DNA of 64,000 nt, taken from a virus. Its lineage: Duplodnaviria; Caudoviricetes. Under the pieces are notes generated by a model. It was given only the letters and a program-made list of their open reading frames with translations. It searched no databases and had not been told where the DNA came from. The stretch covers positions 96,001-160,000 of the IMG/VR virus record IMGVR_UViG_3300017780_003104. One strand, given 5' to 3'. Numbering within the stretch: the stretch's first letter is position 1; the number at the start of each line of letters is the position of its first letter. Of this stretch, positions 57,128 to 63,988 are shown one piece after another. The position numbers and the translations under genes were made by a program.

Positions 57128-57462
57128 AAGCAAAAAACATAGTATTTCGATAGGATTATATTCAGCAAATATACTACTCAACTGTTAATTGAAAAAAGTA
57201 AAAGTAATCCGATAAGAATTTCAGCAGCATAATATCGTAACTATAACGACTCTAAGGTAGCTTAGGTTTGGGAAACCAATACGGCGATGGTAGATAGGTA
57301 AACTAAGTTCTTTATAGAATATGTAAACCCTACGGGACGAACGATTGAATATTTATATATTCTTTAATGTGTCAGTGAAAGATGAAATTCTGATAAAATT
57401 AGCAACAGCAAACCAAACAAAAATTTGACTTTTAATCAAACAATAAAATGCTAATTTGATAC

Positions 57463-57741
57463 ATGGAAATATTTTATATCATAACACTATCATTCATATT
57501 GAATGTATTATGGTCAATGATGGGTAGAGCTAGAAATAGAAACAACCTCATTTATCATGGTGTATTAGTATTTCTATCAAATCTATTATGGATTCTTTTT
57601 ATGAAAAAGTTAATGACTTCCGATACGGAATCTTTAATATATGGAAGTATTGGTGGGACTATTGGTGCCATTTGTGGACAACCATTATCAATGTTTATTG
57701 AACGTGTGTTGAATGCTAAGAGTGATGATCACATAGAATAA
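57463..57741 (+). CDS. Small membrane protein
   Basis: Three hydrophobic segments; starts 2 nt after the RNA array. Confidence 0.65.
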   Translation: MEIFYIITLSFILNVLWSMMGRARNRNNLIYHGVLVFLSNLLWILFMKKLMTSDTESLIYGSIGGTIGAICGQPLSMFIERVLNAKSDDHIE

Positions 57742-57742
57742 T

Positions 57743-58042
57743 ATGGAAGACTACTGGACAAAAAATAATCTAATCAAACCCGCATCAAGGATCGTATGTG
57801 CTGCTAATAGGCATAAAGAATCTGGTAGGATTGTCTGTGGTGCTCGTCATTGGGATAATGTAATGCGTTCACAAAAACTTGAATCAGAAACCTTTAATAA
57901 TTGGGATCAAGGATTCATCAATCAATTTGGTGAATGGTTGAATAGAGAAGAAGCGTGGGTAATTGCCGAAGAGCAGGGACAGATTAGAAATCTTTGTTAC
58001 GACAAACAGACGGGTTACTTATTCAGCGAAAATTTATACTAA
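57743..58042 (+). CDS. Conserved phage hypothetical protein
   Basis: RIVCAANR..RIVCGARHWD, QGFINQ and LFSENLY. Confidence 0.7.
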   Translation: MEDYWTKNNLIKPASRIVCAANRHKESGRIVCGARHWDNVMRSQKLESETFNNWDQGFINQFGEWLNREEAWVIAEEQGQIRNLCYDKQTGYLFSENLY

Positions 58043-58043
58043 G

Positions 58044-58355
58044 ATGGAAGAATATTATGTATTTATAACACCCGACAATGTAATATGGGGGGTGGGACTT
58101 TCTAAGAAAGAAACAGTAGAGGATGCTCTTAAAAATATTAATGATTATCCCGATTGGGATTCTAAGCCAAAGAGTGGTAAGATTGTGAGAGCTACATATG
58201 AACTAGCATGGGAAATCTGGGATAATGGATTCAATGAAGATGTGTGGGACTTAGAGAAGAATGGTGAAATGTGGTTAGCTATATTAAAGGATAATAATCC
58301 AGATGATCATTATACTCAACTTACTATAAAGGAAACAAAACTAAAATACAATTAA
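58044..58355 (+). CDS. Hypothetical protein
   Basis: ATG at 58044 is in frame with track ORF 57963. Confidence 0.6.
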   Translation: MEEYYVFITPDNVIWGVGLSKKETVEDALKNINDYPDWDSKPKSGKIVRATYELAWEIWDNGFNEDVWDLEKNGEMWLAILKDNNPDDHYTQLTIKETKLKYN

Positions 58356-58379
58356 TTAAAACCGAACTATAATAACAAT

Positions 58380-58844
58380 ATGAAGAACATGAACATCGCA
58401 ACCGCATTGAAAGAGAAAAATCGAATCACGGGACGCATTAGTGTATTGCAAGCACAAGTCTATAAGTTTAATACCTATACTAAAGGAGTTGATCAAGACT
58501 TCAATTCGAATGATCTTTTAGTAAAACTACAAGAAGAGTGGGCATTCCTAATTGATCTTAAGACTAAGATCACAAAGGCCAATGTTGGTATTACTGACAA
58601 GTTGGTGCGACTCACAGAATCCAAGGCTGAACTTTCCTTCTGGAATAGCTTTAGGAATACTGGATCAAGTGAGACTAAGAGTAATGAACGCAAGTATATT
58701 GACGGTGAGTGGGCATATGTTGAGGTTGCAACCGTCAATACCATCAATAGTAAAACCGTTCAAGAGAACGTTGATCGTGTTCAAAAGCAAATTGAAGATC
58801 TCCAAGATGAGATTGACAATTATAACGGGACCACAAAGATTTAA
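58380..58844 (+). CDS. DIP1984/DUF6847-like coiled-coil protein
   Basis: MNIATALKEK, LIDLKTKITKAN and IEDLQDEIDNYN. Confidence 0.7.
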   Translation: MKNMNIATALKEKNRITGRISVLQAQVYKFNTYTKGVDQDFNSNDLLVKLQEEWAFLIDLKTKITKANVGITDKLVRLTESKAELSFWNSFRNTGSSETKSNERKYIDGEWAYVEVATVNTINSKTVQENVDRVQKQIEDLQDEIDNYNGTTKI

Positions 58845-58850
58845 ACAATT

Positions 58851-59138
58851 TGGATAGTCCGATCTGTAGTAAGTGAAAGAGGGCGCGACCCCCTCAATTG
58901 GGGCTTAGTCAGTCGTAGGATGACAACCTACCTATCCATAATAATTTCCGGGAGTAAGTAAGGACATTCAACATTTAGTGATTTCACTAAAACACCGAAC
59001 TTTGATAATGTTACTGATAATATTTCCTATTTTCGAATAGGAATAAAACTTAAGGTTTAAAACTTAGTAGTTTAAAATTCAAACATTAAAGTTTAAAATT
59101 TAGTTATGTTGAATAGAAGCTATTGAAACCGGAATCCA
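58851..59138 (+). ncRNA. Two-domain structured RNA with a heptamer repeat tract
   Basis: TGGATAG/CTATCCA enclosing GAGGG/CCCTC and GTAGG/CCTAC; TTCCGG/CCGGAA enclosing ATTCAACAT/ATGTTGAAT, TTTAGTG/CACTAAA, TTCCTATT-TTCG-AATAGGAA and eight AAAnnTT-like units (59045-59101). Confidence 0.65.
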
Positions 59139-59172
59139 TTTTTTATAATAAACTTAAAATACTGATAAATTT

Positions 59173-59682
59173 ATGAAAACTACAACTTTTAATTGGGATG
59201 ATGATACTATTGATTCCCGTGATATTATTGAACGACATGAGGAACTACAAGAAGAATTCGATTCTCTTGTAGAAGCCTTGGAAGAGGCAGAATCAGACTT
59301 CAGATTTGTGAATGATAGTGATGAATCATCACTATATGAATATCAAGATGCTGAGAATACCATTAGCTTGGCTCAAGATGCTATTGAAGATTTCAATCTA
59401 TCAGATAATAGGGAGGAACTCGATTTATTGAATAAAGTGATCGCTCAAGGTGAGGATTCTCCTGATTGGCATCATGGCGAAACTCTTATTCATGAATCGT
59501 ACTTCACAGAATACATTAAGAATTTGATCGTTGATTGTTATGATTTCCCATCCGAATTAACTGATGGGAAATGGCCGTTTAACCACCTAAATTTCGACTT
59601 TGAAGGAGCGGCAGAAGAAGCTAAAGTGGATTATTCTACTATTGAAGCTGGTGGAGAAACTTATTATATTAGAAGCGTTTGA
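59173..59682 (+). CDS. Highly acidic protein, ArdA-like DNA-mimic candidate
   Basis: Very D/E-rich; C-terminal YFTEY...WP...DFEGAAEE..DY...TYYIR. Confidence 0.4.
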   Translation: MKTTTFNWDDDTIDSRDIIERHEELQEEFDSLVEALEEAESDFRFVNDSDESSLYEYQDAENTISLAQDAIEDFNLSDNREELDLLNKVIAQGEDSPDWHHGETLIHESYFTEYIKNLIVDCYDFPSELTDGKWPFNHLNFDFEGAAEEAKVDYSTIEAGGETYYIRSV

Positions 59683-59757
59683 CTAGGTAGAAAACATTCC
59701 GAAGAGATTAAACAAAAAATGAGAGAAGCTAGACAAAGAATTTCTAATGATGATTAA
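59683..59757 (+). pseudogene. Orphan NUMOD3 fragment of a lost homing endonuclease
   Basis: Translates to LGRKHSEEIKQKMREARQRISNDD* with no start. Confidence 0.7.
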
Positions 59758-60058
59758 TTATAAGACATTAACAGTTCAAGAACTAAAAAAGGATTACTCT
59801 GAAAGACATGGATTTATTTTCCAAGGTCCAAATAGATCATCTGATAAAGCTATTGAACATCTTTGTAATACATTGATTCAACATAATATCACTAAGGAAT
59901 ATCCAGAATTTGTTGTTAGATTGGATGATCTTAATTTAGTCTTTGTATATCAAGACGATTTCGATGCTCCTCCATTTTTCCATAAGGCTGATATTGCAAC
60001 TCAAATGGGTATCTGTAAAATAGAATCCTTATCAATCTTCTTAAAAAAACAACCCTAA
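59747..60058 (+). CDS. Hypothetical protein
   Basis: 103-aa ORF. Confidence 0.6.
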   Translation: MMINYKTLTVQELKKDYSERHGFIFQGPNRSSDKAIEHLCNTLIQHNITKEYPEFVVRLDDLNLVFVYQDDFDAPPFFHKADIATQMGICKIESLSIFLKKQP

Positions 60059-60064
60059 AATAAT

Positions 60065-60295
60065 ATGTATGAACTAATTAATCCCATGACTTATGGGCAA
60101 GCGGCAGATGTCCTCAATAGATGTGATGAAGATGATATTCCAATCTATATTGTATTGACAGACTTGAATAAAAACATTACCAAATTTCCAATTGATAACT
60201 TCCAAATGTTTAAGGAAGTTACTGGACATGACATTAATGAGATGTTTCCCTTTAGCTTTTCCAAAGATGATGATGCCGTATATATCGGTAATTAA
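60065..60295 (+). CDS. Hypothetical protein
   Basis: 76-aa ORF. Confidence 0.55.
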   Translation: MYELINPMTYGQAADVLNRCDEDDIPIYIVLTDLNKNITKFPIDNFQMFKEVTGHDINEMFPFSFSKDDDAVYIGN

Positions 60296-60315
60296 AACCG
60301 AAATACACTTTGGGT

Positions 60316-61020
60316 ATGACAAGACAAAGACTTCTCACAGCGTATAATCCGAAGATTGCTAAGAATGAAAAGTATGGATGGAAGTCATTTGGCTTACATC
60401 TTGCACCTCACAAACTTGGTGGTAAGAACATCTGTTGTAATGCTAGTGCTGGTTGTATCAAGGCTTGCTTGAATACAGCGGGACAAGGTGTATATAATAG
60501 GGTTCAACAATCTCGCATTAAGAAGACTGAGTTCTTCCATTCAAACCGTGAAGAGTTCCTCCGCAATCTTTATAGGGAAATCAATGCCAAAGTAAATACT
60601 GCGGCTAAGACTAATGAGAAAGTTAGCTTTCGTCTTAACCTTACTTCCGATGTTGCATGGGAAACTGTTAAGCTTGATGGTAAGAACTTCATGGAACATT
60701 TCCCAACAGTTCAATGGTATGATTACACTCCTAATCTAAAGAGAGTTCTTAACTTTCTTACTGGTAAGTTTCCAAAGAACTATCACCTCACGTTCTCTCG
60801 TAAAGAAGATAACCAATCTGATGTAGAGATCGCTATGGGTTGCGGTGCAAACGTGGCAGTAGTCTTTGATGAGAAACTTCCTAAGACTTGGATGGGTAAG
60901 AAAGTCATTGATGCTACTAAGCATGACCTTCGCTTTCTTGATAAGAAAAATACCATTGCTGGTCTTATCGCTCTTGGTAAAGCCCGTAGAGATACCAGTG
61001 GATTCGTAGTGAAAGCATAA
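60316..61020 (+). CDS. GP88-family protein
   Basis: LAP..., CCNASAGCIKACLNTAG, RLNLTSD, YDYT, YHLTFS, NVAVVF, DLRFLD and GKAR. Confidence 0.75.
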   Translation: MTRQRLLTAYNPKIAKNEKYGWKSFGLHLAPHKLGGKNICCNASAGCIKACLNTAGQGVYNRVQQSRIKKTEFFHSNREEFLRNLYREINAKVNTAAKTNEKVSFRLNLTSDVAWETVKLDGKNFMEHFPTVQWYDYTPNLKRVLNFLTGKFPKNYHLTFSRKEDNQSDVEIAMGCGANVAVVFDEKLPKTWMGKKVIDATKHDLRFLDKKNTIAGLIALGKARRDTSGFVVKA

Positions 61021-61021
61021 T

Positions 61022-61225
61022 ATGATAACTAGTATATTTGAAACAATACATCCTTGGCTAATGACAGATCATTGTCTTAGGGAAATGGATGGAGAAGAAC
61101 ACCAATGTTGTAATGATCACACTGGTTGTATATGGAATGATGGTCATAACACTTGTATGTTTGATATCCCGTCTATTAAACGATATGACTCTCCCCTTCT
61201 AAAGATTAAAACCAAAATACAATAG
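61022..61225 (+). CDS. Small Cys-rich hypothetical protein
   Basis: TAA-T-ATG junction. Confidence 0.5.
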   Translation: MITSIFETIHPWLMTDHCLREMDGEEHQCCNDHTGCIWNDGHNTCMFDIPSIKRYDSPLLKIKTKIQ

Positions 61226-61229
61226 CAAC

Positions 61230-61475
61230 ATGATTAAGAAAGAAAAGAGTGGCATTAAAAAGCTGATCCACAACACCAAATGTCTTTTGATTAAAGACTA
61301 TGAGGCAAAGTTGGAATCCTCTCGGCTTACTAGGAAGATGATCTTAGAATCTACTCGCGGATCTATTAACCATTTCTATAACATGGATGGTGTTCAGATT
61401 CGTGGATACTATAAGCGTTCTACTCGTTTTAATAATGTTCTTCCTACCCATCCTCTACTTGTAAGATACAAATAA
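61230..61475 (+). CDS. Hypothetical protein
   Basis: Motif-headed. Confidence 0.55.
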   Translation: MIKKEKSGIKKLIHNTKCLLIKDYEAKLESSRLTRKMILESTRGSINHFYNMDGVQIRGYYKRSTRFNNVLPTHPLLVRYK

Positions 61476-61476
61476 T

Positions 61477-61719
61477 ATGAAACGTGGTCTTACTCTACTG
61501 GAAGTTGTAATTGGATGTGTAATCACATTAATTATTGCAACTCTCATGTTTTCTATAGTATCTAATATATTATCTAGCGAGCATCCTGACACTGATTTTG
61601 ATTATACCTATATCAATCCACAACTCGAAACCGCAAAGCAACAAAGGAAAATGGTGGAAGAACTCAAACGTCAAAATGATTTGATGGAAGAACGTATGCA
61701 CCGATTGGAACAGAAGTAA
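61477..61719 (+). CDS. Small prepilin-like protein (class III signal peptide)
   Basis: MKRG|LTLLEVVIGCVITLIIATLMF: basic leader, G at -1, E at +5, hydrophobic helix. Confidence 0.7.
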   Translation: MKRGLTLLEVVIGCVITLIIATLMFSIVSNILSSEHPDTDFDYTYINPQLETAKQQRKMVEELKRQNDLMEERMHRLEQK

Positions 61720-61720
61720 T

Positions 61721-61903
61721 ATGAAATACACTAAAGAACAAATCTCTAGCTATGTCTTGGGTTGGCTTAGTGCTGGTAATGAGACTCATGATTTCAATGA
61801 TGTCTTTGCTGCTATCAAGAATGCGGCTTTAATGGTAGATGATGCCCAAGATGGTATTGAGTCTTATGTTGAGAGGTTCCAATTGTATAATCAAAGGGAC
61901 TAA
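61721..61903 (+). CDS. Hypothetical protein
   Basis: TAA-T-ATG junction. Confidence 0.55.
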   Translation: MKYTKEQISSYVLGWLSAGNETHDFNDVFAAIKNAALMVDDAQDGIESYVERFQLYNQRD

Positions 61904-61927
61904 TTAAAACCGAAATATAATAAAGCC

Positions 61928-62326
61928 ATGTTGGAATCCAAAGATAAAAGATTAACTCGAAATATTAACCTTGCCAATAAAGAAGTTGAACTGTTTGTTG
62001 GATACTGTGACATACTTCTTAAGAAGAAGTTGAACCATACATCTTTGGGTGTTACAGATGCTGATGGTAACAAATTTTGGGATGTAAACTTCGATGGTGT
62101 TGGAATTATAGCCAATGAAGACTTTAATGAGTTTGAAGTTGGGCATGAAGTTTATTATCCCGGTAATTACTATGAACCAGAGTCTTCAGACTATGCGGAA
62201 GATGGTAAGTATTCGACATTAAGAGAAGCACTATGGGCAGTTCTTACTATCTGGTTGAAGTATGATTATAATAACTTTTTAGAATCACAATGGGCGGAAG
62301 AATGTGCAGGAGAATTAGAAGAATAA
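61928..62326 (+). CDS. Hypothetical acidic protein
   Basis: Motif-headed. Confidence 0.65.
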   Translation: MLESKDKRLTRNINLANKEVELFVGYCDILLKKKLNHTSLGVTDADGNKFWDVNFDGVGIIANEDFNEFEVGHEVYYPGNYYEPESSDYAEDGKYSTLREALWAVLTIWLKYDYNNFLESQWAEECAGELEE

Positions 62327-62333
62327 TAATTAT

Positions 62334-62699
62334 ATGGGATACTATACACTAATAACAATTGTCGTTTGTCATTTCGTTTTTGACTTTTTCTTGCAAACAT
62401 CAGAGATGGCTAAAAATAAAAGCTCATCTAATGAGGCTTTATCTAGTCATGTTATGGTTTATTCCGCTGGACTTTCCTTAATGGTAATGTTAAATTTTCC
62501 ATTGATTCATGAATGGGGATTCTTATTCATTATCATTAATGCTATTGCACACTTTGTCACTGATTGGGTAACAAGTAGGGCATCATCCGCTCTATATAAA
62601 GAAGAACGTTATCATGAATTCTTTACAGTAATTGGAGTGGATCAAATGGTTCACTATATCACACTATTCGGAACTTTCATCTGGTTAACAAACATATGA
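62334..62699 (+). CDS. DUF3307 membrane protein
   Basis: HFVFDFFLQT..MAKNK, HV.VY, HFVTDW and GVDQMVH. Confidence 0.8.
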   Translation: MGYYTLITIVVCHFVFDFFLQTSEMAKNKSSSNEALSSHVMVYSAGLSLMVMLNFPLIHEWGFLFIIINAIAHFVTDWVTSRASSALYKEERYHEFFTVIGVDQMVHYITLFGTFIWLTNI

Positions 62700-62890
62700 T
62701 ATTTAATATCACCAAAACTGTTAAATGTAGGATTTGTGGAAAGAAGGGTAAGACCACTTCTAAGGCATCAGTGGTAAGATCTCAGCTAAATAATAACATT
62801 ATTACAATGTGGCAACATGATGGTAGTAAAGCTGGATGGGAATGTAATGATGGGTTTGGTTGTAAGAAGTTAATTAAAACCAAACTATAA
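62696..62890 (+). CDS. Small Zn-ribbon hypothetical protein
   Basis: CRICG ... CNDGFGC. Confidence 0.5.
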   Translation: MIFNITKTVKCRICGKKGKTTSKASVVRSQLNNNIITMWQHDGSKAGWECNDGFGCKKLIKTKL

Positions 62891-62897
62891 TCTGGGT

Positions 62898-63221
62898 ATG
62901 GCTGCTACTTATACAATCATTACAGAATTTGAAATGGATACTTTATTCAAGTCTGAGAAGAATTGGAATAAAGTAATTGAAGGTGGTGAATATGTTTACA
63001 CCTTTGTTCCTAAGAAGAATCCAGATACACTTGTTAAAGTGTTTTCATCTGTAACTCCTAATGGAGTATCAAGGAAATGTGGTGGTGATGCAATTAGGAT
63101 TTGTGCTATCAATACAAAGACTAATAAAGGTATCCTTAAAACTGGTCGTGTTAATAGAACTGCTGGTTGGGATGACCGTGTAAAGAATAAGGTGTTGGAA
63201 ACAATTAACAAGATTTGGTAA
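62898..63221 (+). CDS. Hypothetical protein
   Basis: Motif-headed; SRKCGGDAIR...RVNRTAGW. Confidence 0.65.
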   Translation: MAATYTIITEFEMDTLFKSEKNWNKVIEGGEYVYTFVPKKNPDTLVKVFSSVTPNGVSRKCGGDAIRICAINTKTNKGILKTGRVNRTAGWDDRVKNKVLETINKIW

Positions 63222-63222
63222 T

Positions 63223-63441
63223 ATGAAAAAGAGATACATTCGGTTCTGGCATGGGTTTAGCCCTAATGATAAATTAGTTCAAAAGATTGCCACCTTTTGC
63301 CATCTGGAATTACATGACGGTAAGGAGTTTTATGCATATGATGGATCATTAGATGATTTCGAAAAGCTATATAATAGTAAGTTCATCGTCTTTGATGATT
63401 ACATTGCAGTAACTCAACGCAATACATTTGGACAACGTTAA
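63223..63441 (+). CDS. Hypothetical protein
   Basis: TAA-T-ATG junction. Confidence 0.55.
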   Translation: MKKRYIRFWHGFSPNDKLVQKIATFCHLELHDGKEFYAYDGSLDDFEKLYNSKFIVFDDYIAVTQRNTFGQR

Positions 63442-63523
63442 AGTCCTAATTAAAATCGAAATATAATTACGAAATGATTACTCCATATCTAGTAATGTAA
63501 CATTTCTATTATAAATAACTTTT

Positions 63524-63549
63524 GGGTCTTTCGTTCAACGGATAGGACT
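63524..63549 (+). pseudogene. Truncated tRNA 5' fragment (acceptor 5' strand plus D-arm only)
   Basis: GGGTCTT-TC-GTTC-AACGGAT-AGGAC-T then AT-rich sequence; follows TATAAATA at 63510-63517. Confidence 0.45.
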
Positions 63550-63562
63550 TTATTATATTAAT

Positions 63563-63637
63563 GGCATCGTAGCTCAATGGAAGAGCAACACCCTTCTAAG
63601 GTGTGGGTTGAAAGTTCGAGTCTTTCCGGTGTCACCA
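63563..63637 (+). tRNA. tRNA-Arg(UCU) with encoded CCA
   Basis: GGCATCG/CGGTGTC acceptor, GCTC/GAGC D-arm, ACACC-CTTCTAA-GGTGT anticodon arm, GAAAG-TTCGAGT-CTTTC T-arm, ACCA. Confidence 0.95.
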
Positions 63638-63642
63638 TCTAT

Positions 63643-63798
63643 ATGAAACTGGAAACACTTATACTTCAAACATTAGCTAAAGTTCGTGACCATGAGCTTA
63701 ATGTAATGGAAGCATTTGATATTCTTAGTAAAAGACTCAGTGATGAGTTTGATGAAATACATGATAAGTGGTTAGAAGAAATAGAAAACTTTGATTAA
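63643..63798 (+). CDS. Small hypothetical protein
   Basis: ATG at 63643, downstream of the tRNA. Confidence 0.5.
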   Translation: MKLETLILQTLAKVRDHELNVMEAFDILSKRLSDEFDEIHDKWLEEIENFD

Positions 63799-63802
63799 TA
63801 TT

Positions 63803-63988
63803 ATGGCATTAGGTAAACCAGAACAAATAGAACATGCTTGGGATAGAACTAAGCGTGGTGGTGAAAAACGTAAATCTGCTTATCGTAAAGCTAATAAGAA
63901 AAATAATATTCGTGGAGAAAGACGTAGAGCTAATGCTGATCTAGAATATCATCCTGAGTATCGAAAATATGAAGGATGGGAGTATTAA
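63803..63988 (+). CDS. Small basic hypothetical protein
   Basis: Lys/Arg-rich; ATG at 63803. Confidence 0.55.
   Translation: MALGKPEQIEHAWDRTKRGGEKRKSAYRKANKKNNIRGERRRANADLEYHPEYRKYEGWEY

Larger units (their letters stand above)
56558..57460 (+). ncRNA. Tandem array of nine Y-RNA-like units with variable tRNA/rRNA-mimic cargo
   Basis: Units: 56558-56611, 56612-56654, 56655-56788, 56789-56887, 56888-57017, 57018-57151, 57152-57213, 57214-57394, 57395-57460. Each has a unique 7-9 bp closing stem, a CAGCAAA-like motif right after the 5' strand and a GAT-like trailer. Confidence 0.85.

Noticed and set aside
56853-57188. Track ORFs 56853-57086(-), 56960-57181(-) and 57006-57188(+)
   Set aside because: Short, motif-free and overlapping clear tRNA-like structure; treated as spurious.
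57235-57261. I-CeuI site from vector contamination
   Set aside because: It differs at 4 of 27 positions, including a compensatory pair, and is nested inside an intact array unit with no other vector sequence.
57327-57336. CCTACGGGA match to 16S rRNA (341F region)
   Set aside because: Only 9 nt, and explained by a common C-UACG-G tetraloop.
56558-57460. CRISPR array reading of the repeated units
   Set aside because: No identical direct repeats; conservation is structural plus a 7-nt motif, unit lengths run 43-181 nt, and there are no cas genes in the window.
19575-62890. Many unrelated proteins end in IKTEI/IKTEL/IKTEV/IKTKL, suggesting a shared C-terminal tag
   Set aside because: The peptide is the translation of the overlapping promoter motif (ATT AAA ACC GAA ATA TAA T). 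In other genes the same DNA falls in other frames or between genes.
663-63211. Numerous 60-135 aa antisense or out-of-frame track ORFs nested in longer genes
   Set aside because: They lack motifs and either promoter type, and are shadows of well-supported + strand genes.
63577-63798. Track ORF starting at 63577
   Set aside because: The start lies inside tRNA-Arg; the plausible start is 63643.
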